Assembly (NCBI GenBank): GCA_030840445.1
Contig: JAVEEN010000117.1
Coordinates: 1 to 56,062, forward strand
DNA length: 56,062 nt
Reading direction: 5' to 3'
From: Pseudonocardiales bacterium
Lineage (GTDB): Bacteria; Actinomycetota; Actinomycetes; Mycobacteriales; Jatrophihabitantaceae
Made by a program: the position numbers and the translations under genes. The notes below the pieces were generated by a model. The model saw only the letters and a list, made by a program, of their open reading frames with translations. It was not told where the DNA came from and searched no databases. Shown piece after piece: positions 47,912 to 56,062 of this stretch; position 1 is the stretch's first letter; each line of letters starts with the position of its first letter.

Positions 47912-48967
47912 ATGATTGCGCCTTCGGACATCAGCCCGCCCGGAGTCGAGCTGTCCCGGCTCGCCGAATGGCTGGACCAGCATCGGCCGGGTCTGCGCCA
48001 GGGCAGGCTGACCGCGACCCTGATCGCCGGGGGCAAATCCAATCTGACCTACCGGCTCACCGACGACCACTCCCAATGGGCGTTGCGCCGCCCACCGCTG
48101 GGCCATCTGCTGCCGACGGCACATGACATGGCCCGCGAATACCGGGTCATCGCCGCGCTCGGTCCCTCGGAGGTGCCCGTCGCCGAAGCGGTTGCGTTGT
48201 GCACCGATCCGGCCATCCTGGGTGAACCGTTCTACCTGATGTCCTTCGTCGAGGGCGTGGTCCTGGAAAGCCCGGCCACGGTGCCGGATCGCGCGTCGGC
48301 CACCCGCGCCAGCGAACTACTGGTCGATACCCTGCTTGCGCTGCACCGTGTCGATCCGGCTGCCGTCGGGCTGGCGGATTTCGGCCGGCCGGACGGGTTC
48401 TGCGAACGACAGGTCCGCCGTTGGCATGCGCAGTTCCTGGCCTCGCTGCCCGGCCTCGAGTCCGAAGCCGGCGCAGTCGACTTGGCGGCGACCGAACTCG
48501 CCGTGGTGCAGGCGCTCGGGCAGCGGTTGCCGGCGGGTGGCCCGATCGGGATCGTGCACGGCGATTACCGGCTGACGAACGTCATGTTCACGTCCGACTT
48601 GCAGCACATCGCCGCCGTGGTGGACTGGGAGATGGCCACTCTTGGCGACCCGCTCACCGACGTCGGCCTGCTGTTCGTCTATCACGAACTGGCCGGTGCG
48701 ACCGGTGCGGTCATGCCGGCATTTCCTGCCGATCGCGGGTTCCTGAACCCGAACGAGCTGGTGGAACGCTACGCCGCGGGCAGCGGCCAGGAACTGCCCG
48801 CCCTGGACTGGTACATCGCGTTCGGATACTTCAAACTCGGCGTGATCGCTGCCGGAATCCATGCCCGTTATCGCCAGGGCAAGACCGTCGGTGCGGGGTT
48901 CGAGCAATTCGGTGCCGTCATCGATCTCGCGCTTCGCGGCGCGCAGGACCGGCTCGGAGGAATGTGA
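47912..48967 (+). CDS. APH-family phosphotransferase (ACAD10/11 kinase domain / LvaA-like)
   Basis: GGKSNLTY, LRRPP, TAHDMAREYRV, HGDYRLTN, DWE. Confidence 0.88.
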   Translation: MIAPSDISPPGVELSRLAEWLDQHRPGLRQGRLTATLIAGGKSNLTYRLTDDHSQWALRRPPLGHLLPTAHDMAREYRVIAALGPSEVPVAEAVALCTDPAILGEPFYLMSFVEGVVLESPATVPDRASATRASELLVDTLLALHRVDPAAVGLADFGRPDGFCERQVRRWHAQFLASLPGLESEAGAVDLAATELAVVQALGQRLPAGGPIGIVHGDYRLTNVMFTSDLQHIAAVVDWEMATLGDPLTDVGLLFVYHELAGATGAVMPAFPADRGFLNPNELVERYAAGSGQELPALDWYIAFGYFKLGVIAAGIHARYRQGKTVGAGFEQFGAVIDLALRGAQDRLGGM

Positions 48968-50208
48968 TGGACTTTCAGCACAGCCCGCGATCGATCGAGC
49001 TGCAAGCCACGCTGCGGACCTTCCTGGATGAGATCGTCTACCCGACCGAGGCGGAGTTTCACCAGCAGGAGCAAGCCAATCGATCCCAGGGCCGCCCGTT
49101 CACCACGCCGGCCGTCCTGGAAAGCATCAAGGCCGAGGCGCGGGCGCGTGGTTTGTGGAACCTCTTCCTGCCCGACGATCGGTTCGGGGCCGGCCTGTCG
49201 GTGTCGGACTACGCACCGCTGGCCGAACTGTCCGGACGATCGATCAGCATCGCCCCGGAGGCGATGAACTGTTCGGCGCCCGACACCGGGAACATGGAAC
49301 TGCTGGCCATGTTCGGATCCGCCGACCAACAGCAGCGGTGGCTCCGTCCGCTGCTGAACGCCGAGATCCGGTCCTGCTTCTCCATGACCGAACCGGGCGT
49401 GGCCTCGTCGGACGCGACGAACATCGCCACCACGATCACTGCCGACGGGGATTCCTACGTCATCAACGGGCGAAAGTGGTGGTCCACCGGTGCGATGCGC
49501 GACGAGTGCACCGTAGCGATCGTGATGGGGGTGTCAGATCCGGACGCCGACCGGCACGCCCGGCACTCGATGATCCTGGTTCCGTTGGACAGTGGCGGGG
49601 TGACGGTGCACCGCTCCACCACGGTGTTCGGCTACGACGATGGCGCACACGGTGGGCACGGTGACATCAGTTTCGAGGAGGTGCGGGTGCCCGCGGCCAA
49701 CCTGCTCGGTCCGCAGGGCGGCGGCTTCGCGATGGCCCAGGCCCGTCTCGGACCGGGGCGCATCCATCACTGCATGCGCGTGCTCGGTGTCGCCGAAAGA
49801 GCCCTGGACCTGATGATCCGCCGGTCGCTGGACCGGTCCGTGTTCGGCGGCGCCCTGGCCGGCCAGGGTGTCGTGCGCGACTGGATCGCCGAGTCTCGGC
49901 TGGCCATCGAGCAGGCCCGATTACTCGTCCTCAAAGCAGCTTGGTTGATCGACACCGTGGGTGTGAAACGGGCCGCGAGCGAGATTGCCGCGATCAAGGT
50001 CGCCGCGCCCCGGGCCGCTTCCTACGTTGTGGACCGGGCGATCCAGACCTTCGGCGGTGCCGGCGTTTCCCAGGACACCCCGCTGGCCGAGATGTGGGCC
50101 GGTCTGCGCACGTTGCACCTGGCCGACGGGCCGGACGAGGTTCACCTGCGCAGCGTCGCGCGGGTCGAGATCGATCGGGTTCGCGGCGGCCGGGACGGGG
50201 CTCGATGA
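48967..50208 (+). CDS. acyl-CoA dehydrogenase (ACAD11 / LvaC-like)
   Basis: NCSAPDTGNME, FSMTEP, GRKWWSTG, RLGPGRIHHCMR, ADGPDEVH; TGATG coupling. Confidence 0.92.
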   Translation: MDFQHSPRSIELQATLRTFLDEIVYPTEAEFHQQEQANRSQGRPFTTPAVLESIKAEARARGLWNLFLPDDRFGAGLSVSDYAPLAELSGRSISIAPEAMNCSAPDTGNMELLAMFGSADQQQRWLRPLLNAEIRSCFSMTEPGVASSDATNIATTITADGDSYVINGRKWWSTGAMRDECTVAIVMGVSDPDADRHARHSMILVPLDSGGVTVHRSTTVFGYDDGAHGGHGDISFEEVRVPAANLLGPQGGGFAMAQARLGPGRIHHCMRVLGVAERALDLMIRRSLDRSVFGGALAGQGVVRDWIAESRLAIEQARLLVLKAAWLIDTVGVKRAASEIAAIKVAAPRAASYVVDRAIQTFGGAGVSQDTPLAEMWAGLRTLHLADGPDEVHLRSVARVEIDRVRGGRDGAR

Positions 50209-50255
50209 ACGCCGCCCCGGGGCGGATGAGTGCGGATGAGTCTGGCGGGCACCGG

Positions 50256-50957
50256 ATGAGCAGCGCGACCGAACCGACGACCAAACAGCGCATCATCGCC
50301 GCCGCGGTCGCCCTGTTCGCCGAACGGGGTTTCGACGCGACGAGTGTCAACGAGGTGGTCGCGCGAGCCGCCGTGGCCAAGGGCGCGCTCTATCACCACT
50401 TCGCCTCCAAGGATGACCTGCTCTACGAGGTGTACCGCGAGCTGATCGACCGGCAGGTCCAGGGACTGGAGCGGATTCTCGAGCAGCGGCTGACCGCCGC
50501 AGAGACGCTGCGAGCGTTGATCACCGACCTCGTCGTAACCACGGCCGCCCGAGCCGCCGAGGCCACCGTGTTCTTCCACGAGGGACATCGGCTCTCCGAT
50601 GTCAATCAGGAGCGGGTTCGCCGGGCACGTCGCACCATTCACGACGCGGTCATCGAGCTGGTCCGGGCCGGCCAACAGAATTCGGAGTTCTCCGCGATCG
50701 CCTCCCCGGAGATCGTGACGTTCACCGTCTTCGGGCTGATCAACGGCCTGCCGATCTGGTATCAGCCCGGCGGCGGCAAAACGCCGGCGGAGATCGCCAC
50801 CGAACTCAGCGACCTGATCCTGGCCGGGCTGCGTCCCGAACGTGGCCAGCCGCCCACGGCCGAAACGCGCCAGCCGCCCACGGCCGAAACGCGCCAGCTG
50901 CCCACGGCCGAAACGCGCCCGCCGTCCGCGGACGAACAGCGAAGGGATACTCGATGA
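50256..50957 (+). CDS. TetR-family regulator
   Basis: LFAERGFDATSV..GALYHHFASKDDLL; alternative ATG at 50205 overlaps the ACAD stop. Confidence 0.9.
   Translation: MSSATEPTTKQRIIAAAVALFAERGFDATSVNEVVARAAVAKGALYHHFASKDDLLYEVYRELIDRQVQGLERILEQRLTAAETLRALITDLVVTTAARAAEATVFFHEGHRLSDVNQERVRRARRTIHDAVIELVRAGQQNSEFSAIASPEIVTFTVFGLINGLPIWYQPGGGKTPAEIATELSDLILAGLRPERGQPPTAETRQPPTAETRQLPTAETRPPSADEQRRDTR
50847..50918. repeat. 24-bp in-frame tandem repeat x3 in the TetR tail
   Basis: cagc(c/t)gcccacggccgaaacgcgc = Q(P/L)PTAETR x3. Confidence 0.92.
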
Positions 50958-51958
50958 GCCAGCGGTGGGGTCTGACCGTTCCGGTGACCGGGGTGAACCT
51001 GGCCGAGCACGGCGAGCTCGTCCGGGCGCTGCCGGACTGGGGTTACACCGACGCCTGGAGTTCGGAGGTAGCGGGAAGCGACGCGTTCACGCCACTTGCA
51101 TTGGCTGCGACGTGGGAACCCCGATTGCGACTGGGCACCGCAATCGTGCCGGTCTTTACCCGGGGGCCGGCCTTGATCGCCCAATCCGCAGCCACGCTCG
51201 CTGGGCTGGCGCCCGGTCGGTTCAGCCTTGGTATCGGCGCTTCGAGTCCGGTGATCGTCCAGGACTGGAACGGTCTCGGCTTCTCAGAGCCCTTCCGCAG
51301 GTGCCGAGATCTGCTGCGCTTCCTGCGTCCGGCCCTGGCGGGTGAGAAGGTGAGCGGCGCGTTCGACACCTTTGCTGTCAAGGGTTTCCGGTTGGAGAAC
51401 GCGCCCGCCGAGCCGGTCCAGCTCCTGCTGGCAGCGCTTCGGCCGACAATGCTCGAGTTGGCCGGCCGGGAAGCGGACGGCGCAATCCTGAATTGGCTGT
51501 CGGCAACCGATGTCCGGCAATGCGTGGCCGCCGTCAACCGACCGTCGAGCCACATCGTCGCGCGCATCTTCGTGTGCCCGACGGAGAACGTCGACTACGC
51601 CCGAGGCCTGGCCCGGCGAATGATCGCGGCCTACCTCACTGTCGAGGCGTACGCACAGTTCCACCGCTGGCTCGGACGCGGCGATGCGCTAGCTGAGCTG
51701 TGGCGGCTCTGGGCGGCCGGTGATCGGGCCGGTGCCGCCGCCTCGGTTCCCGAGGACGTGGTCGACGACTTGGTCCTGCATGGCACACCGGCCGAATGCC
51801 GCCGCAAAGTGGTGGCGTACGTCGAGGCCGGCGTCGACGTTCCGGTGCTGGCCGTGCTCCCGACGCCGGACGTTACCGATGCTGAGTCCCTCGCCGGGGT
51901 GCTGGCGGCCTTAGGACCGGGATCCGAACTGAGCGCACCGGAAACGAACCAGACATGA
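50954..51958 (+). CDS. LLM-class, probably F420-dependent, oxidoreductase
   Basis: AWSSEV..DAF, RLGTAIVP..R.P, GRFSLGIG.S, LAALRP..L..AG..ADG. Confidence 0.85.
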   Translation: MSQRWGLTVPVTGVNLAEHGELVRALPDWGYTDAWSSEVAGSDAFTPLALAATWEPRLRLGTAIVPVFTRGPALIAQSAATLAGLAPGRFSLGIGASSPVIVQDWNGLGFSEPFRRCRDLLRFLRPALAGEKVSGAFDTFAVKGFRLENAPAEPVQLLLAALRPTMLELAGREADGAILNWLSATDVRQCVAAVNRPSSHIVARIFVCPTENVDYARGLARRMIAAYLTVEAYAQFHRWLGRGDALAELWRLWAAGDRAGAAASVPEDVVDDLVLHGTPAECRRKVVAYVEAGVDVPVLAVLPTPDVTDAESLAGVLAALGPGSELSAPETNQT

Positions 51959-52761
51959 GAATCGCTGATTCGGTCATCGTGGTAACCGGCGCCGGAAGCG
52001 GCATCGGGGCGGGCCTGGCCCGCCGGTTCGTCGCCGAGGGTGCTGCCGCGGTGGAAATCGTCGATCGGCGAATCGGCCCGGCGCGGCAGATCGCTGCTGA
52101 ACTGGGCCCGGTGGCCCACGCCAGCGAGGTTGACGTCAGCGACGAGCAGGCGGTGGCCGGGCTGGTCGCGCAGGTGCTCGATCGGCACGGACGGATCGAT
52201 CTGTTCTGCTCCAACGCCGGTCTCACCACCGGGGTCGCCCTGGAGTCAGGGTCACCCGCCGACAAGGCGTGGGAGCGGGCCTGGGCGGTGCACGTGCTGG
52301 CGCATGTCTATGCCGCCCGTGCCGTGGTGCCGGCGATGATCAAGGCGGGAGGCGGCTACCTGCTCAACACCGCCTCGGCCGCCGGGTTGCTCACCTCACC
52401 CGGCGATGCCCCGTACGCCGTGACCAAGCACGCGGCCGTAGCCTTCGCCGAGTGGCTGGCGGTCGAATATGCCGCCCACAACATCAAGGTCAGCGTGCTG
52501 TGCCCGATGGGTGTCGACACCCCGCTGCTGATGGAGCCGCTGGCGCAGGGCAACGAAGGCGCCAGGGCCGTCGCTGCTTCGGGCCCGATCATCGGGGTGG
52601 CCGAGGTGGCCGACGCGGTGGTGAGCGCTGTGACGTCGGAATCATTCCTGGTGCTTCCGCACCCGCAGGTGGGTAGCTTCTGGGCGGCGAAGGCAGCCGA
52701 CGTCGACGGGTGGCTCTCGGGAATGAGCCGGCTGTATCAGCGTTCCCGGGGCTCGGACTGA
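51955..52761 (+). CDS. SDR oxidoreductase
   Basis: VTGAGSGIG, SNAG, TASAAG, YAVTK, LCPMGV. Confidence 0.92.
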   Translation: MRIADSVIVVTGAGSGIGAGLARRFVAEGAAAVEIVDRRIGPARQIAAELGPVAHASEVDVSDEQAVAGLVAQVLDRHGRIDLFCSNAGLTTGVALESGSPADKAWERAWAVHVLAHVYAARAVVPAMIKAGGGYLLNTASAAGLLTSPGDAPYAVTKHAAVAFAEWLAVEYAAHNIKVSVLCPMGVDTPLLMEPLAQGNEGARAVAASGPIIGVAEVADAVVSAVTSESFLVLPHPQVGSFWAAKAADVDGWLSGMSRLYQRSRGSD

Positions 52762-52820
52762 CGGCGCAACGCTGCAAGATCGAAACGGATCACACGGGCA
52801 ACGAGCAGGGGAGTCAACGC

Positions 52821-53585
52821 ATGGCTGGGGTACAGGATCGGATCGCTGTCGTTACCGGTGGCGCGCAGGGCATCGGGGCCGCCATCGCGGCCCGGCTGGC
52901 GTCAGGAGGGGCCAAGGTCGCGGTCGTCGACCTCAGCGAGGCGAGCACGCGGTCCGTCGTGGCCGAGATCACCGCGGCCGGCGGCGTCGCGATCGGGGTC
53001 GGTGCCGACGTGAGCAAGGCCGACCAGGTCCAGGCGGCCTTCGAGCGGGTGGCCTCGGAGTTCGGCGGCCTGCACGTCCTGATCAACAACGCCGGCGTGC
53101 TCAGGGACAACCTGCTGTTCAAGATGTCCGAGGACGACTGGGACACCGTGATGAACGTGCACCTCAAAGGGGCATTCTTGTGCAGCAAGACCGCCCAGCA
53201 GTACATGGTCGACGCGAAGTACGGCCGGATCGTCAACATGAGCTCGACCTCGGCGCTGGGCAACCGGGGCCAGGCAAACTACTCCACCGCCAAGGCCGGT
53301 CTGCAGGGACTGACCAAGACGCTGGCCATCGAGCTCGGTCCCTTCGGTGTGACCGCCAACGCGATTGCACCGGGCTTCATCGAGACGGCCATGACCAAGG
53401 CAACCGCCGAGCGGATCGGAACCACCATCGAGGACATGCGCGCCGCGGTTGCCGCGGCGGTTCCGGTCCGACGGGGCGGCGTGCCCGATGACATCGCCAA
53501 TACGGCCGCCTTCTTCGCCGGCGAGGAATCGGGGTATGTGACGGGCCAGGTCATCTACGTCGACGGTGGTCGCGGCCTGATCTGA
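52821..53585 (+). CDS. FabG-like SDR (3-oxoacyl reductase family)
   Basis: VTGGAQGIG, NNAG, GQANYSTAK, APGFI. Confidence 0.92.
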   Translation: MAGVQDRIAVVTGGAQGIGAAIAARLASGGAKVAVVDLSEASTRSVVAEITAAGGVAIGVGADVSKADQVQAAFERVASEFGGLHVLINNAGVLRDNLLFKMSEDDWDTVMNVHLKGAFLCSKTAQQYMVDAKYGRIVNMSSTSALGNRGQANYSTAKAGLQGLTKTLAIELGPFGVTANAIAPGFIETAMTKATAERIGTTIEDMRAAVAAAVPVRRGGVPDDIANTAAFFAGEESGYVTGQVIYVDGGRGLI

Positions 53586-53676
53586 GGGCCTGTCGCCGTT
53601 GCGGCGTGCCTCGGCGCCCGGTCCCGTAACCTGGAAGCAGAGCGCGAGCAGCGGCAACACCGGCGAGAGGTTCCAC

Positions 53677-55242
53677 GTGTTCGACACACTGTCTGATCGG
53701 TTGAACAAGGTCTTCACGGGCCTGCGCGGCAAGGGACGGCTGTCCGAGGCCGATATCGACGCGACGGCCCGCGAGATCCGGATCGCGTTACTCGAGGCCG
53801 ATGTCGCCTTGCCCGTGGTGCGCCAGTTCATCGCCGCGGTCAAGGAGCGGGCCAGCGGCGAGGAGGTGTCGCGCGCGCTCAACCCGGCGCAGCAGGTCAT
53901 CAAGATCGTCAACGAGGAACTGGTCAAGATCCTCGGCGGCGAGACCCGCCGGCTGCAGTACGCCAAGACCGGCCCGACCGTGATCATGCTGGCCGGCCTA
54001 CAGGGTGCCGGTAAGACCACGCTCGCGGGCAAGCTGGCTCGGCATCTGAAGCAGCTCGGTCACACCCCGGTGCTGGTGGCCTGTGACCTGCAGCGCCCGA
54101 ACGCGGTCAACCAGTTGCAGGTCGTGGGCGAGCGGGCCGGTGTTGCGGTGTACGCGCCGGAGCCCGGCAACGGCGTCGGGGATCCGGTCGCGGTGGCCAA
54201 GGACTCGATCGGATTCGCTCAGCGCGCTCAGCATGACATGGTGATCGTCGATACCGCCGGCCGGCTCGGTATCGACGCCGACATGATGGCCCAAGCGGCG
54301 GCGATCCGCGATGCCGTGCAACCACAAGAGATTCTCTTCGTGGTGGACGCCATGGTCGGTCAGGATGCGGTGAACACCGCCGAGGCGTTCCGGGACGGCG
54401 TCGGCTTCTCCGGTGTGGTGCTCACCAAGCTCGACGGTGACGCCCGTGGTGGCGCCGCGTTGTCGGTCCGCTATGTCACCGGTCAGCCGATCATGTTCGC
54501 GTCCAACGGTGAGAAGCTCGAAGACTTCGACGTGTTTCACCCCGACCGGATGGCCTCGCGAATCCTCGGTATGGGCGACATGCTCAGCCTCATCGAGCAG
54601 GCCCAGCGCACGTTCGACGAGGACGAAGCCGAGCAGATGGCGGCCAAGCTCGCCAGCGGCACCGAGTTCACCCTCGAAGACTTCCTCGATCAGTTGCAGG
54701 CCATCAAGCGGATGGGACCGATCGGTAACCTGCTCGGCATGCTGCCCGGTGCCGGTCAGATGAAGGACATGATCAGCCAGGTCGACGACAAGGATCTCGA
54801 CCGTACGGCGGCGATCATCCGGTCGATGACCCCGGCGGAGCGCGCTGACCCGAAGATGATCAACGGGTCGCGCCGGCTCCGTATCGCCAATGGTTCCGGG
54901 ATGATGGTGAGCGAGGTCAACAACCTCGTCGACCGGTTCTTCGAGGCCCGCAAGATGATGATGCGGATGACCGGCGGAATGGGAATGCCCGGCGGCCGTC
55001 GCAATGCCCGCAGCGCCAAGGGCAGGAAGAACAAGAAGGGCAAGAACAAGCAGGCCGGGCGTGGTCCGACCCAGCCGCGGATGCCGGCGGGATTCCCGGG
55101 CATGGGCGGTCTGCCCGGCGGCCTCGGTGGAATGCCAGGCGGTGGACTGCCCGGCGGTGGGATGCCCGGTGCCGGTATGCCGGAACTGCCGCCCGGGACC
55201 AAACTCCCGGATCTGAGCAAGCTCAAGTTCCCCAAGCAGTAG
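53677..55242 (+). CDS. ffh: signal recognition particle protein
   Basis: MFDTLSDRL, GLQGAGKTT, DTAGR, TKLDGDARGG, Met-rich M domain. Confidence 0.97.
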   Translation: MFDTLSDRLNKVFTGLRGKGRLSEADIDATAREIRIALLEADVALPVVRQFIAAVKERASGEEVSRALNPAQQVIKIVNEELVKILGGETRRLQYAKTGPTVIMLAGLQGAGKTTLAGKLARHLKQLGHTPVLVACDLQRPNAVNQLQVVGERAGVAVYAPEPGNGVGDPVAVAKDSIGFAQRAQHDMVIVDTAGRLGIDADMMAQAAAIRDAVQPQEILFVVDAMVGQDAVNTAEAFRDGVGFSGVVLTKLDGDARGGAALSVRYVTGQPIMFASNGEKLEDFDVFHPDRMASRILGMGDMLSLIEQAQRTFDEDEAEQMAAKLASGTEFTLEDFLDQLQAIKRMGPIGNLLGMLPGAGQMKDMISQVDDKDLDRTAAIIRSMTPAERADPKMINGSRRLRIANGSGMMVSEVNNLVDRFFEARKMMMRMTGGMGMPGGRRNARSAKGRKNKKGKNKQAGRGPTQPRMPAGFPGMGGLPGGLGGMPGGGLPGGGMPGAGMPELPPGTKLPDLSKLKFPKQ

Positions 55243-55334
55243 CCGGCGACCGCGACCCGATTCGCCGAGATTCCACCCCGGAGGGTGGACGAATTCCCCG
55301 ATCGGTGCGCGGCGAACACCCAGGAGTCACCACG

Positions 55335-55484
55335 ATGACCGATGCGCCGACCGATGTTGGCACCCGTATCTCGCAGGGCTACGCCTTCGGAGGGAGCGCG
55401 CTAGAACTGGGCTCGGTCGTGCTGGACGGGGCCGCTTACCCGCAGGCCCGGATCCGCATCCCGCTGGGAAAGCGCCGCCGCTGA
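55335..55484 (+). pseudogene. 5' remnant of a DUF853/HerA-like ATPase (49 codons)
   Basis: MTDAPTDVGTRISQGYAFGGSALELGSVVLDGAAYPQARIRIPLGKRRR*; ends where NRHG and Walker A would follow; SD aggag. Confidence 0.7.
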
Positions 55485-56062
55485 TGGGGCAATCGTCGCC
55501 GCCCGCGTTGCACCTTCGCGGGGTGTTCCTGCCGCAGGAGCAGGAGCGCGATGCCTGGATCGCCGATGGTCGACTCAGTTTCACGCCCGTGCCGGATGCC
55601 GAGACCATCGCCGACAGGGGCTGGATCATCCCCGGCTTCGTCGACGCCCACTGCCATATCGGGCTGTCACCGAGCGGTCACGAGCCGGACCCGGAAGGTC
55701 AGGCCAAGCAAGCGATTCTCGATCGGGACGCGGGTGCGTTGCTGCTGCGCGATGCCGGGTCGCCGGTGGACAACCGCTCGGTCCAGGCGCGCGCGGATCT
55801 GCCGCGGCTGGTCAGGGCCGGGCGTCACATCGCCCGGCCGAAGCGTTACATCCGTGATCTCGGGGTCGAGGTCGAGCCGGCAGACCTGGTGGCCGAGGTC
55901 GAACGGCAGGCCGCGGCGGGCGATGGCTGGGTGAAGATCGCCGCTGACTGGATCGATCGCTCCCACGGCGAGCGATCCGATCTGGCCCCGGTCTGGCCGG
56001 ACGAGATTCTGGCAGCGGCGGTTGCCCGTGCGCACGAGCTCGGCGTCCGGGTGGCCGCCCAC
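55484..56062 (+). CDS. amidohydrolase family protein (runs off the window)
   Basis: Not in the ORF track; manual translation MGQSSPPALHLRG..PGFVDAHCHIG..RDAGSP..RAGRHIARPKRY..WVKIAADW. Confidence 0.9.
   Translation, partial: MGQSSPPALHLRGVFLPQEQERDAWIADGRLSFTPVPDAETIADRGWIIPGFVDAHCHIGLSPSGHEPDPEGQAKQAILDRDAGALLLRDAGSPVDNRSVQARADLPRLVRAGRHIARPKRYIRDLGVEVEPADLVAEVERQAAAGDGWVKIAADWIDRSHGERSDLAPVWPDEILAAAVARAHELGVRVAAH

Noticed and set aside
54950-55242. Gly/Met/Pro-rich repeats in the Ffh tail (and the PAKK repeats of HupB)
   Set aside because: Ordinary for actinobacterial orthologues

Overview
High-GC actinobacterial chromosome segment, almost all conserved core backbone: ilvC(3' end)-leuB-cimA-FAH-gltX-tRNA-Gln-tRNA-Glu-IclR/leuCD-hupB-mutT1-ppk1-cofC-plsC-gpsA-ddl-thiL-rpmB-DAK2-recG-rsmD-coaD-sepIVA-yceD-rpmF-rnc-mutM-acyP-smc-ftsY-amt-glnB-glnD-ffh-amidohydrolase. 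Accessory insertions: a degenerate-GGDEF/EAL gene behind tRNA-Glu; an L,D-transpeptidase between smc and ftsY; a tdh-kbl / beta-propeller / VOC / pepN block between ftsY and amt; and a six-gene operon between glnD and ffh (APH-like kinase, ACAD11-type acyl-CoA dehydrogenase, TetR, F420-type LLM, two SDRs) with a clear promoter and a perfect 16-bp palindromic operator. That operon looks like an actinobacterial, F420-linked variant of the lva/ACAD10-11 4-hydroxyacid pathway and is the best candidate for an undescribed system. I saw no CRISPR array, transposase, integrase, prophage or rRNA. Smaller oddities: a probable ATC start codon, a 49-codon relic of a DUF853 ATPase coupled to the next gene, a GGGGCC-repeat tract, many short tandem duplications near gene ends, and many apparent leaderless genes. 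All family calls come from motif recognition and gene order; no database search was run.
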